Source of the DNA: the human T2T-CHM13v2.0 reference genome, Homo sapiens
Assembly (NCBI RefSeq): GCF_009914755.1
Contig: NC_060936.1
DNA length: 64,000 nucleotides
Reading direction: 5' to 3' (one strand)
Shown here in pieces: positions 13,985-30,018 of this stretch. Within the stretch, counting starts at the first letter, position 1; the number at the start of each line of letters is the position of its first letter. The position numbers and the translations under genes are program-made. The notes under the pieces were generated by a model. It was given only the letters and a program-made list of their open reading frames with translations, was not told the DNA's origin and searched no databases.

Positions 13985-14516
13985 TGCGGTAGGCTGAATA
14001 ATGATCTCCCAATGATGTCCACATCCCAATCCCCAGAACCTGTGAATATGTCACCTTACATAGCAAAGGGACTTTGCAGATATGATTCAGTTAAGAACAT
14101 TGAGATAATTAAGTTTCCCTGAATTATCCAGGTGGCCCAATGTATCACAAGGGTCCTTACAAGAGGGAGGGAAGAGAGTCAGAAGAATCACTTCTGTGAT
14201 TCTTCACAGAAGTTGTAATGATGAAAGCAGAGGTCAGGAAGTCAGGAGAGAGATTTGAAGATGTTGTACTCCTGGCTTTGAAGATGGGAGAAAGAGCCAC
14301 CAGCCAAGGAATGTAGGGGGATCTAGAAGCTGGAAAGGCAAGTAGATTCTGCCTGAGAACCTCCAGAAGGAATCAGCCCTGTTGACACCTTGACTTTAGC
14401 CCAGTGACCTGATTTTGGACTTATTACAGGACTGTATGAAAATAAATTTGTTGTGTGTTAAACCACTAAGTTTGTGGCAATTCAGTATAGCATTCAATAG
14501 GAAATTATTAAATACT
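13985..14516 (+). mobile_element. MLT1D-like MaLR solo LTR
   Basis: tgcggtaggctgaataatg...gatgtccacatcccaatccccagaacctgtgaatatg...gactttgcagat...aataaatttgttgtg. Confidence 0.85.
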
Positions 14517-15049
14517 ACAAGGACCCTAAAATAAAAATTAAACATTACAGCAAGGATGCCTAGAAGAAGTGGATCCAATTCTGGAAAACTAGCCTCTTTG
14601 CTGCATGGCCTAAGACTTCTCACCACCTAATTAATGAGAAATAACTGAACACTAATATGAGAACATTTATAGTGCACATGTTTATATAATTCATTGTATA
14701 AGGGTTTGTGTTGCTGATTGTAAGCTTAGACATTCTCAATAAATTCTTTCTTCCAAAATTCCCAGCTAAATAAACATTTAGGTATTGCTTTCTGTATTTT
14801 TTAAACCTAAGTAGACTTTACTTTTGATTAGAATCAGGGTTCTGGTATTAAGAAGGGGCTATAGGTAAAAATCCCTTCAAGACAGAATTCTGCCTTGAAG
14901 GAGCCCATTTATTTCTAGGAGTGGGGTTTGTTACCATATAATAATTGGCTTGGTGAGTTATTCAAATCTCTGTTTAAAAGTTAATTATTAAAATTCTCTG
15001 TTTAATGTTCTCTCAGGTTCCCCATTACCCACAAGAGAAAACCCATATT

Positions 15050-16050
15050 TCTTATGCTAGGACAGTGGTGAAGAAAAATTCCCTTTGTGGGAAGAACTCT
15101 GAGCAGCATGTTTGATTGTCTATGATGCTTGAAGTGATAGAAGGCCAGAAGTATGGCTCCTATGTTGATTCATGGGCAGTTGGATGGTCAGGTGCTTAGT
15201 GGGAACAGGATTGGAAAATTAGTGGCAAGAAAGTCTACAGAAGAAGTATGTGGGTAGACTATTCAGAATTGGCACCGAAGGTGAAGATATTTGTATTTCA
15301 TCCAAATGTCCACCACAGGTTATCCCTGTAGAAGAGATGCTTAATAATTAGATGGACAGAATGTTGCACTCTCCTGTAGATGTAATCACTCTTTCCCCAG
15401 CCACATCAGTGCTTGTTCATTGGGACCATGAACAAAATGGTCATGGTGGCAGGAATAGGCTAAGAACATGGACGTCCCCTTAATCAAGGCTAACCTAAAT
15501 AAAACTACTGAGTCGATCTGCCATCAACAGAGACCAACACTGGGTTGTTGATATGGACCATTCACAGGGGAACCAGTGAGCTACTTGATGGCAGATTGAT
15601 TGCATTTGACTTCTTTCATCATGGAAAGGGCAGAGATTCACATTCACTGGAATATACACATATTCTAGAAATGGATTTGCCTTCTATACATATAATACTT
15701 CTCCTAGTGTCATGATCCATGGACGAATGAAATGCCTTATCCATTGTCATGGTATTCTGCACAGCATTGTATCTGATCAAGAATCTCATGCCACAACAAC
15801 AGATGTACAGCAATGGATGCATGCCCATAAAATCAGCTAGTCTTACTACACACCTCCATTACTTAGAACTAGCTGGCCTAATTGAAAGATGGTGGCTGAT
15901 GAAGACTTGGTTATGACATCAGTTGGGAGACAATACCCTGCAAGGATGGGATTCTGTTTTACATGATGTAGTATATGCTTCAAATCAGACACCATTATAT
16001 CTCCCTCATACTCAGCCTACGTGGGCCTGGGAATTATAAAGTAGAAGTGA
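15050..16050 (+). mobile_element. Decayed ERVL-class internal sequence (RNase H/integrase part of pol)
   Basis: Recognisable remnants such as tggcagattgat (WQID) and actggaatatacacatattctagaaatggatttgccttc (TGIYTYSRNGFAF), typical of ERVL integrase; many stops and indels. Confidence 0.78.
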
Positions 16051-16059
16051 GAGTGTTTC

Positions 16060-16788
<729 letters not shown>

Positions 16789-17728
16789 TACACATTGGAA
16801 TCATGGGGCAACTTTAAAAAAACAAAAAACAAAAAAACGAGAGAGATTATTTGATTTCACCACAGGCATTTTGACTCAGTGTTTTTAAAGATGAGGTCTA
16901 GGACTCTGTATTAATTCCTCAGGTGATTCTTGTTCAGTAGTCTATACACCTGTATTTAAGAACCACATCTATTGCATACACCAACACCAATCCTTGAATT
17001 TTACATTGCCAGTATCACCACTTGCTAGCTGCATTACCCTCAATAAATTATTTAACCATTTTGAGCCTCATTTTCATCGTAAATTTGAGATAAAAGAAAT
17101 ACTTTCTTCAGAGGATTTTTGTGAAAATTAAATGCATGCCAAGTACTTAGAACAGTGCCTGGCACATAGTAAGTATACTACTCAGTTAAGTGTTTGCTAT
17201 AGTGATAATACTTATTATTAACATTGTCATTACTCAGTGATGTAAGAGCTGGTTCCTCTGCCATGTGTTCCATCTCCCTGTATTTGGGGGCCTTGCCCTA
17301 CCACTTCTCAGTATCAGGAGGTCAGAGCCCTCTCTCAACTCTAGCAGGAATAGTTGCTAGTCACCACAGGGCCAATACTTTCTCCTTACTAACTTTCAAT
17401 TCCTGTATCTGAGAATTTTGACTATCACGGAATGCCATTTTCAAATTAATTTTTTGTCTACTTTTTTTAGATAAGGTAGTCTGAGTTACTACTCACAGAT
17501 TCAAAGAAAGATATATATTGTTTGGTTTTGCAGGCTGCCACTAAATACTATGTACCTAACATATAATAAGCACATATTTTTATGATGGCATTATAAGATG
17601 TTATCTGGTGACTATAATGAGACTATTAGAAAGTATGGCTATTCAGCAATAACCATTTATTGAGCTGTGTGTGTGTGTGTGTGTGCGCGTGTGTGCGTGT
17701 GTGCATGTGCCAGATGTTATGTTAGATC

Positions 17729-17911
17729 AGAGGTTGACAACTATGACCTGTGGGTCAAATGTGTCCCACGGCCTGCTTTTGAAGATAAAGTATTATTGAA
17801 ACACAGCCACTTCCATTTGCTTACATATTGGTTGCTTTTACATTATAACCACAGAGTTGAGTAGTTGTAACTGCTCATCTGGATCTTTACAGGAAATGTA
17901 TGCAGACCCCT
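17729..17911. mobile_element. MER58A-like hAT element
   Basis: cagaggttgacaactatgacctgtgggtcaaat...ttattgaaacacagccac...gcagacccct. Confidence 0.75.
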
Positions 17912-20885
17912 TTGCTAGATGCTTAGGCTGCACAGGTGCAAAAAGATCACTGTGCCTGCTCTCAAAGAGTTTACAGACTAGAGTGAGGGACATAAAAGAA
18001 AACAAAAACCCAGTATAGTGGAGACATTTTTCAACTAATTGTGTAAACCATGTGGATGAGATTACAAAGCAGGAAATGATTAGTTCTTTCTATGAAAGTG
18101 GCTAAAAAGTCCCTGAATAAGAGATAAAATTTGAGTATCTCACTGTCTGAAATTTTGCTCAGTGGACAGAAAAAAGGTATTTCAGATGAGGATTCAGTAT
18201 GAGCAAAGGAGGCAGGAAAGGAAGCAGAAAGTGTGGGAATCACTCATTAAGTTGCCCATTGTGGTATAGCATCTGTGTGTGGGGACAGAAGGAGTAATTG
18301 AGGCTAGTGGTGGGTGGGTCCTAGAATGAAATCAAAACAAAACTCTAATTCTGACACGGGAATCCCCTTTCCATCTTATTGTAGCCTTCATCAGAGCTGC
18401 TGCAGCTTGCAGGCTGACTTACTCTTTTACGATGGATACAGTTATCTTTAGCCATGTAAGGATGGGGGAGAATAGTGGGTGTGGAGTCGGTCATTGTGAC
18501 ATTAGCCTCCTAATTTATGTCTGTGCAAAGATGTTTTTGTGGAAACGTTATGTTTTATGATTGGGAAACTATGAAAACTCCTTCCCTGGAATTGCTAACC
18601 ATTCATAACAGGAACCTTATTTTCCAAAGCACAATGTGAACAACACAAAAAAGAAAATCCAAAGATAAAGAGAAAAATGTCTTGAGGCCCCTTGCATAGT
18701 CATAAAAAAAGACAAGTAAATAAATTTTGGATACAAGATGGGAAAGCCAATCATTTTTGTAGAAAGAGATATTCCAAGGAGAGGTTTTTTTTTTTTTTCC
18801 ACTGGGAAAGCTGTGCAAATGATCCCTCACTTTGGACATAAGAAATGCTCTCCTTTTCAGCATCCTTTTCTTCTTGAAATCTGTCTTCTCGATTGCCCCT
18901 TCCTTAAATTCTGGACTCAGATTGGGGTTGGATTTGAGCTCCATGATGTTCTGTTTGGAGCAGAAAGGTAAAGTGGGAAGTACCCTGGGAAAAGTTGGGC
19001 CAAACTCTACTGGGGCTATAGAAACAAAAGCATAAATACTCCATAATGATTCACAAAGTTTTGGGATACTGTATTTGATCAGTTCTTCATATTATTTATA
19101 ATTGTTACAAACTGATCTTGAATACAGTATCATTTTATTAATAAAGACTTGGGTCTATGCCACTACCTTGCTTTGCGGCTTTTGACAAGCTCCTTTATCT
19201 TTCGGATATCAGTTTCTTTATCTGTAAAATAAGGATGCTAGGAAAAGTGGTTTGGAAAGGTGGAAATGCAATGAATTTGCAGTTAAGAGTGTGTTTCTCA
19301 AAACAACTCCAATTCAATTGCTTCTAACTAGCTTCTTATTTACTTCATGATCTTGGACAAATGGCCCCTCTAAACCACAGTCCCTTATTGGGAGAATAAT
19401 ACATCAAAATTTTATGAAGTTACTGAGAAGATTAAATTAAGTAAAGAAGAATTATAGACCAGTCAAGAAAGATTTTATATACCTAGGGTTTGCAAAAGAA
19501 CAAGAAGACTTAGGGACATTCAGATGATGACTTCTAAAGGTGCTTAATCAATGTCTTTAATATATGCCAAAAACCTTAAACACAGTGATAACTTTGACAC
19601 AATAATCTCACTCTTGGAATTCTTTCTTGAGGAAATAATATGGTATTTACGACTATTCATGATAGCAAAAATTATAATCTGAATTTTTAAGTAATGATTA
19701 AATAAGTTGCCTCTTTGTAGATTATTGAGTTATTAATTATGATTCTACAGCCCCTGGTGGAGTCTCACTCAACTTGCCTTTAAAATAACAATAAGAGCTT
19801 ATAAAATGTGGTTAAATATCATGCCATTCATATGTGGCATGTTTTTTCAAGGACACAAATATAAACATTTGTCGTCTTGTGCCAGGAGTGGGGCGGATCA
19901 CAACATTGAACATAACTATTGACACAATTCATTGCCAGAATCTATGATAATTTTCCACACATTTTCTTGTCTATGGAGTTTGAATGAGAAAATCCATCAA
20001 TGGCCTACCAATGCATCGCCCAAGAAGACTGAACAGTCCTGGACTCCTGGGACAAGGTGGGATAATATTATATTTTTCTCTCATTCTCTGCTGTCTGGCT
20101 CAGTCACTGAAAACCTTTACTCATCAGAAAACCAGGTAGTCACGTTTCTACTAGGTAAGAAGCCATAGAAGTTTTCCTTTCCATCCTGTTCCTGATCCGT
20201 CTTTTACGATCATTTTGTAGGGTGCTCTGCTTTTTGCTTCCAGACATGATTCTGCAGCCTGCTTCCAGAAAGCAAAGCAGGAGGTTGTTGGGTGGTGGCG
20301 ATACTGGCGTGAGGGTGAGGTGGTTACCCCTGTGCTTTTGCCCTCTAGAGGTAGAGTTCTCCTGAGCAAAGTACTATAGGGAAGACGTAACAGGTACACA
20401 GCCATTCTGATAATAGCACAAGCTGTGCAGCTCAGAGTTGCAGGGAACCACACGATGGAGGTAGGAAAGATTCCATTGTGGGCCAGAGAACCATCCTGAG
20501 GAAATGCCTGCTAGGCACAGGCGAGCAGCTGTGCAAATGAACTGCACTTTAGTTATGCTTTAAATTGAAGATGATGGAAATGAAAGGCAGAGAACAGAGG
20601 TCAAACTAAAAATAATTAAAACTGTCTTTGCCTAGAAATAGTCTTCCGCACATCATTCCAAAGCCCAATTAAATTCCAAGGAAACAAATAAAAATACATA
20701 CTCCAAGACTGTGGACAATTTTTAAAAAAATACATGTATGAATAAAAACTTGACAAGGATCATGACAATACAATTAATTACTCAGTGATTAGCTAGGAGA
20801 TGGTTTGGCTACCTAATACAGGAGGTCCAAATTGATGGCTTAAAGAAGATAAGTTTTGTTTTTCTCACATGCAAAAGAAGTCTGA

Positions 20886-21246
20886 TGATATGGTTTTGTT
20901 GTGTCCCCAGCCAAATCTCATTTTGAATTGTAGCTCCCATAATTGCCACGTATTGTGGGAGGGACCCAGTGGGGGATAATTGAATTATGGGGTCAGTTTT
21001 CCCCATACTGTTCTCTTGGTAGTGAATATGTCTCATGAGAGCTGATGGTTTTATGAGGGGAAACGCTTTTCACATGGCTCTCCTTTATCTCCTTTGCTGC
21101 GATGTAAGATGTTCCTTTTTCCTTCCACCATGATTGGGAGACCTCCCCAGCCACGTGGAACTGTGAGTCCATTAAGCCTCTTTTACTTTATAAATTACCC
21201 AGTCTCCAGTATGTCTTTATCAGCAGCGTGAAAACGGACTAATACA
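20886..21246 (+). mobile_element. THE1-type MaLR solo LTR nested in an older MLT1-like LTR (about 20780-21645)
   Basis: Termini tgatatggttt...aaacggactaataca; TSD tctga/tctgg; the flanks join into a continuous MLT1-like sequence. Confidence 0.88.
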
Positions 21247-21869
21247 TCTGGAGAGGCAATTCAGAGCTCCAAAGGCAGCCCTTGTGTCATTCAAGGGAGC
21301 AGCTTCCTTCTAGCTTTCCCCTTTGACATTCTGAAGGTGATCCTCTCAAGACGGCTGCCAAGACTCCAGCCACTGTGTCCAGGCAGGAAGACAAGAAGAG
21401 GCAAAAGGAACACATGCTCAAACGTGATTCTCTCCCTGTTAAGGGCCTTTCTGAGAAGCCTGCATTTGGTGACTTCCACCTAAAATTAATTCATTGGCCA
21501 GGACCATGATACATAGCCATCCTCTCTGCAGGGCAGTTTGGGAAATATGGTTTTGGCAGGGAATATTTATATACCCAACTAAAACAGAGTTAGTAAGAAA
21601 GAAGAGAATGAATATTGAGTCAGCAACTGGCAGTATCTGCCACATCTACAAATCTACAGAAGTCAGGCTGACGTTTGGCTTCTACTTTTGGGTGTAAAAT
21701 AACATCAGTGCATGGGACAATGTCTCTAAATTTTTAAGGGGAAAAACGTAACCGATATTTTTATACATAGTGAAGTCATAATTTATATGCGAAGCTACAA
21801 AAGAAAATTTCCAATATACGAGGGTTTAGAAAATATACTATGTGCACTTCTTTTAAAAAATCCCAAATG

Positions 21870-22218
<349 letters not shown>

Positions 22219-22613
22219 TTATGCCAGGTGACTGAGAGATGAGTCAAAAGTAAAAACTTCATCATTAGTTAAATATAATAGAAATCACTGGAGGTAAGAA
22301 CTGCACTCATTTAAACAGGTAGTTGATTAAGAAATTATTTTAAACAACTCCTCTGAGTACAATTAGAATGAGTGAAATGTCTAAGTAGATACCTCAATGA
22401 ATTGTGAACAATATTTATGTAAAAGCATCAATTAACAAAGATGATTCAAGAAGACATAGAAAGCATCATGATCTATATCCTAGGGAAAAAGAAAAAATAA
22501 GCAAAAATAAATAAAACACACTGAAAAACCAAATGATTTCATTGATGAGTTTCTTACAAACTTTTAAAGAAAATATAATGCTTATGATGCTAATTAAAAG
22601 TTTTGTACATACA

Positions 22614-22892
<279 letters not shown>

Positions 22893-23448
22893 AAAAGTTT
22901 TGTACATACAAAAAGTACAAAATTTTGCAGTTGATCCATAAAGTGTCATAAACCTGATGCCCAAAATTGATAAAAAAAATACTGAGGTAAAAGAAAACTC
23001 TAAACCATCTTCTCATAAATATGGAAGGAAATGTATATATGAAGTATTAGCCAATTTAATTCTTTAATACAATTCCACCTGGACCAAGGAATATCTAAGT
23101 AAAAAATGCAAATAGTTTTATAATTATGAATCCAATAATATATGAGATAAAAAAGGAAATCTTTTGATCATTAAATGAGTGCCCAAAATCTATTTAATAA
23201 ATCATAATGTGCATTTCTGTGAAAATCTAAAACACTAATAACAGAAGACTTTTCTTAACATGGTAAAAATAACTATCATAAACCAAAGATAACACTTAAA
23301 TATCAGAATATTTGACAAAAACTAAGATCAAAAGAAATATGTTGCTATCACCACTATTATTATTCATTGGGAGTTCTAATCCCAATGGAACAGGAGTAAA
23401 AGACATGGAACAGGTATAAAAGGCAGATGCATTAAAAAGGAAGATAGA

Positions 23449-23781
<333 letters not shown>

Positions 23782-24189
23782 TTAAAAAGAATCAATTGAA
23801 AAACAATTAGTGGTTTAAAAATTTGAGACAATATAAATAATCAAAATTCCTTTATAGATATCTAATAACCTGAAGACATGAAAAATATATCAACTGTAAT
23901 ATATATAAAATATATAAATATATAAGTATGTATAATGGATACATAATAATGTATCAGATATAATATCCATATATCCATATAACTATATGTACTATCCCAA
24001 TATTTTATATATATTATAAAGTACTAGTCATAAAATACTAGTCATGAACTAAGAGAGGCATAAAAGATTTTAATAAACTGAGAGCTTCTTCTGGAGAGGG
24101 TGGGGCCTAGAATAAATTTTTTGAAAAAGTGTTTCTTTACAAATCAACACATAGAGTGAATATAAATAAGCTTAAAATTCAAATGAACA

Positions 24190-24488
24190 GGCTGTGTGTG
24201 GTGGTTCATGCCTGTGGTCACAGCATTTTGGGAGGCTAAGGCAGGAGGATCACTTGAGGCCAAGAGTTTGAGACCAGCCTGGGCAATATGGTAAAACCCC
24301 ATCTCTACTAAAAAAATACAAAAATCAGCCAGACGTGGTGGTGCATACCTGTAATCCCAGCAACCCAAGAGGCTGAGGCATGAGAATCACTTGTACCCAG
24401 GAGGTAGACGCTGCAGTGAGCCAAGATCATGCCACTACCCTCCAGCCTGGGGGACAGAGCAAAACTGTTTCAAAACAAAACCAAAACC
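24190..24488 (+). mobile_element. Old Alu (AluJ-like)
   Basis: Dimeric Alu with ggaggatcacttgaggccaagagtt and heavy CpG decay. Confidence 0.92.
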
Positions 24489-26185
24489 GAATATAGGAGT
24501 GGAATTGAAATGTGCTTCCTCTTTTATCTTGCTTTTTCTCACCTAACACCTCCCTCTCTAGCCTTGAGTTTATAAAATTCACAGTTGTCACAAGTGTTTC
24601 CCTTTGCTGGGCCACCAACCTGGTTTGTCTGGGTTGTGAGGGGCAGAGTGGATGCTGTAAAGAATGTCTCCTCTCCTTGTAGGTGAGAGAAGAGAAGATG
24701 TTCCCTCACGTAGTTAATTCTGTGTGTCAGCTGATTACAATGCCAGACAATAGATGCCTTCCAATACAGGGGTGATAAATGTAGGCTAAATGGGAAGTGG
24801 AGTCATATTTTCTTGTTCATCTCTGATTCCCCAGCACATAGAAGAGTGATTGGCACATAATAAGCATTCAATAGATATGTGTTTAATAAAGGTTTTCACT
24901 GACTTGTGATATCTTTAATATTTTCTCACAGATTATTTGCCTGATATGTAATGATGGTTAATCCACAAATTAGTTAATCCATTGCAGATAACTGAGAGTT
25001 GATTATGCATGCAAAACAAAACCACTAAGAAAACAAAATAAAGATTATGCAGAGGGAAAAAAATCAAAGCAAAGGAAGTAATATATCAAAGTGATAACCA
25101 TGGCTGAGTTTAAATGATGGGGCACTTCTGCATTTTCTAAAATATTTAACAAATATACACTAATTTTATAATAAAAAACAGCTTTTATTTTAAGTATTTT
25201 GAGATGTGTTTGCACTTTTGGGTGGATTTCAGATTTTGCTTACATGATGTCATAAAGCTCAATTGATATGGTGGTTTCTTAGACAACCAACAGATCTAAT
25301 AACAAAGCATAAAACAAAGCAAAACAAAACAAAACAAAAAAACAAAAAAAAATCCCTAGATATCCAGATTTGGAATTTATCCCTAAATGACTGAAATTTT
25401 TACTTTATTATTGATTTATTCTCACATTGAAATAGTGCAGAGACCATCTCTGCATGACATTGTCTTCTAATACTATAGATAATAGGGGTAAGAGGTGTAC
25501 TTAAAAGATGAACAGGAAATAATGATGGCCAATCATCAATTGCTACCCCTCTTCATACTTCTTCTGAACCTAATTTATGTTGCTAGTAGATAATTTATCA
25601 TCACTGTTTTATGTTGATTCCCCCTCCCCATTGGTGAGGCTGTAAATTACCTGAGAGCAGAAACCATGCCTTGCTCATACACCCCACTCCTGGAATAAGT
25701 TAGGCCCCTGTGTCATGCTCTCTCACAATCCCCTGGGCTGCTCTTTCTGGAGCACTCTTCATAATTGTAAGGAGTGTGTTTAGCCTGCGCTCTTTTGACT
25801 TTCTCTGGAGGGGTCTCTACTAGAGTAAAAATTCTGGTCTCTTATCCCATCTCAGCTTTTTCTTCTCTTAACCAACAGAGCTTAGCCAGAGGTGTGGCCC
25901 AGCTGATTGGCAAGGGCCATCCTGAGTTGGCTGCTGGTCAGATAGGAGAAGGTGAAAGTGGGCACAGATTGCTTGGCAATGGGTGCTATTGGCAGAGAAC
26001 CTTAATGATGTTTGGCTCTGTCTTTCTGCAGGGACTATAAGTCGGATGATTAAATTAGTTCCCTGTGAAGGAGGCCTATAGTTTTGTGGAAAAAATTCAG
26101 TTCAGGGGCACATTATAAAGCCCTCTTGGCTAAGTAAGCCACATGCTCCAAACAGTTTTATCAGTCATAAAGCTGGTGTGCTTAT

Positions 26186-26649
<464 letters not shown>

Positions 26650-29600
26650 TAAAATGCTAAATTGTTTTGAATTGAATATCTGTATTGCCTGCTAGACTGG
26701 AAGGTCAATGAAAGCAGAGATCTTCTATCTGTTTCATCATTGCTTCCCCAGGGCCTATCATTGTGCCTGGCATATTATAGGCCATCAATAAATATTTGTA
26801 GTATGAACAAATAAATTTATCTTTTGATTATCATTTTTTAGTATAGTCCCTGACATAGAAGTAGGGCTTAGTAAATATTGATTTGAATTGGAGCTGAGGT
26901 TTCAGATGGGGGTGGCATCAGGAGTCACATTCTGGTTCATTCTTCTTGGTTCTTTGACCCAGTCCTCCCTATTCCTGGGTGAGTGCTAATAGCCCCTAAG
27001 CCAACTGTACTTGTTCATGTTGCTTCTCTTTCCCACCTCAGCACAGCGCATAAGGGGAGAGGGGAGTATAGTCAATGGGAACCTATCAGTTTCCTACTTG
27101 CATGCCTCATCTCCAGCCCCGTGGCAGAACATTTATTTTTTATTGAAAAAGACAAAAGCTGGGATAAAAGAGGAAATGAGGGCATTTAATCATAATAGTA
27201 ATAGGACTTAGAGTGTGTTCCACCTTCCCAGTAGCAGAAAGAACCTGTACGTAGGCTCTCCAGTCACCCTGTCCAGGCACTGGTCCACCTCCTAGATCCC
27301 GGGGCTCACTTTGGGCTGTGCCTTCTCCTGAACTCCATCTAGATTCTTAATTAAGAACAGAACATTTTCTTCATTTCCACTACACAGAGGAATGACATTA
27401 TATGCAGAACATCTGTAAATCTTAAGTGTGGGCCTCAGGCAGCACCACTTTCCCACACATAAATCTTTGTGTGAGCTTAGGTCAATCGATACTTGCCTTC
27501 ATAGGTGACTCTGGGGTCAAGCACATGTCCTTTAGACTATAAGGTCAGGACCCTCTTTCCAATGGGAAAGAGGCCACAATTGCAGAGAGCTGAACAATGG
27601 CCCCAGGTCGTGGCACTTGTCTGTGTTTTTCCTCCTGCAGTGCTCTGGCCTGGATGACTGGAAGCCCATTCAGTCAGCTGGAGTCTCAGACTTTCAGTCT
27701 GAAGGTGTGGCACAATCACCTATTCAGGGCTAATGTTCCTCCTCAACATGTGCAGTCCAGCCTACGATTTCCCTCTTCCATGGGCAAGGAGATAACAATG
27801 TCTTGGAGATCAGTCACTCCATCTTCACACAGCTTCTGTCAAATGATGCCCAACCATGTGCGGATGGCCAAAGCACACCTGGTGCTTCCATATGATAGAA
27901 TGTAATGCAGCTGTTGAAGATCGTATCTTTTAAAAATTATTTAACCATCTGGGAAAAGGTTGATGATGGATTATTAAGTGAAAAAAATTATTACACTGTA
28001 ATATAGATAGATGATAGGTAGATAGATGATAAATGGATCAAGCATGAAAGATGATGAGTGCCTCAAAACACTGAAGAGCTCTTCGAGACACTCAATCTCA
28101 AACCGAGGAACCATGTTTCTATAACTCTCTGTTTTGCCTTATGTTATCTAGAAAGACAAGCAGACAGAGTATATGTCTAGGAGGAAACAATCATAACCAT
28201 TATTTAAATGCAGAAATGTAGAGAATCCAGAGCATGGTGCAACACCAGAGTTCCCATTCAGTCTATTCGCTGAGTCACCAGTGGTCACCGGGGGTCCTTC
28301 TTCTGCTGCTCTCTTTCCATCTTTGCTTCCTTTCTATCTCTATGGTTTTCCCACCCCTTTACACATTTCTGCAGCATCTTAACATCACTCTGGCCTTAAC
28401 AGAGCCTTGCAATCCTCCACAGAAGCAGGCTTAAGGCCTCTGGGGGTTACAGAGTGAGGCATTTTTTGAGGTGAACTCCTCTTGCTAATATTTAGCTCAT
28501 CACATATAATTTATGGGGTTATTTATAGTAAAGAACACCCTATCAGGGGTAAGAGGGACAGAAAACCCCATCAGGTTTCATTGGATTTGCCATATAGTTA
28601 GGCAGACATATCATGAAATGTGTTGACCTAGAAGAGAAGATACCCAGTTTTTAATGGAAAGCAGAAGGGTTACCCAGTCATAATCATGGCTAGACTTAAA
28701 AGCTGCCTATTTCTATGTTTTAAAGTATACTTTTCTCTTATTTTCATAATCATCACTCTATACTCCTTAAAAAAAAGGTGACTACATCCGCCGTTTGCAT
28801 TGCTTCTTGAGAAAGTTTGAGAAATAAATTCTCATAAGTAAGCTGGAGCCATGGAATTTCTGATTGAGGTTGGAGTTACTGGAACCAAAAACCAATGTGA
28901 AAGGCAAAGCCTAACAATAAAGGCAGTGAGAACCAAATAGATAGCAGCAAAGTGACCTCTCTAAGGTTAGATCAGAGGATGCATGTTGCAGAACAAGGGG
29001 AATAAAATAGATAGCTGTGATAGGGCTGGACTCTGGAGGTCTGAGGAAGCTTGATTTGATGCTGAAGCCCATTGGAAGGGCAAACCCTAGAGTTGAGGCT
29101 GCAGGGCCTCCCCTCCTGCCCTCAGCTCTTATTCTACCCCACCTTCTGCTCGTGGCTCATCTGTCTCTCTCCTTCCCAGGTGGGGAGCTCAGCTGTTCTG
29201 AAAAACAAAATAGGAAGTCACTTATATGCCCTGGAGCCCTGCTTTTGTAATTCTGATACAGGGCATTAGACCTAATTTAATTTGAAAATAATATAGTAAG
29301 ATGAAAGGAAATCCCACTTGAGCTTCTCATTTTAAAAAGAGTTCAAAAAAAGATAAAGTAAGCCTGAGAACCTCAAAGAAGGCCCTCTGGTCAATAGAGG
29401 CAGACAGGCCAGATGTTTTTGCCATCTGTGTCTTGTCCCCTCTGACATGGGGCTAGCTGAGGGAGAGAGGCACACAACAGAAGAGCAGGCTAGCTTGCTA
29501 ATACTGCCCTCTTATTTAGCTCATGGAAATGTCATAACATCTAAGGTCTTACTTTCCCTCTGGATTTGAGGGGAAAACATCTATAGTCCTCTTGAACTCA

Positions 29601-29997
29601 TTTCATGGAAGGAACTTTGTTACAGTGCAAAATTTCACCAAAGATTAATTGAACTTGACATCCTGAATGTCTTTTGCACAATGTACTAAAGTGGATTTTT
29701 TTTTAAAAAATGTCAGTATCTGATCCTTGGTGTGTGGTTTTTAGATGTCCAAAGTATTCCCACTTCTCAAATTCCCTTTAAGAAGCTGGAATGCAATGCA
29801 TTTCTGAGTGTTCTTTATTTCAGTTGAATCCCCACCTTGCTATAGCAGTACTAAATATACTTAAAATCAACAATTCATCACAATAAAAAAAAAATACTGA
29901 GTGATATCCAGAGTGGCTGGCCTTCGTTCAACACCAACCATTCTCTAGTTTACGGGAAATTAGGATCACAGGCCAGCTTTACATTAACTGGAAAGTG

Positions 29998-30018
29998 TAC
30001 GCTACCATCTTGTGGACA
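29998..30018 (-). promoter_or_regulatory. Candidate CTCF motif
   Basis: The minus strand reads TGTCCACAAGATGGTAGCGTA, close to the CTCF core CCASYAGRKGGCRSY, in apparently repeat-free sequence. Motif match only. Confidence 0.35.
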
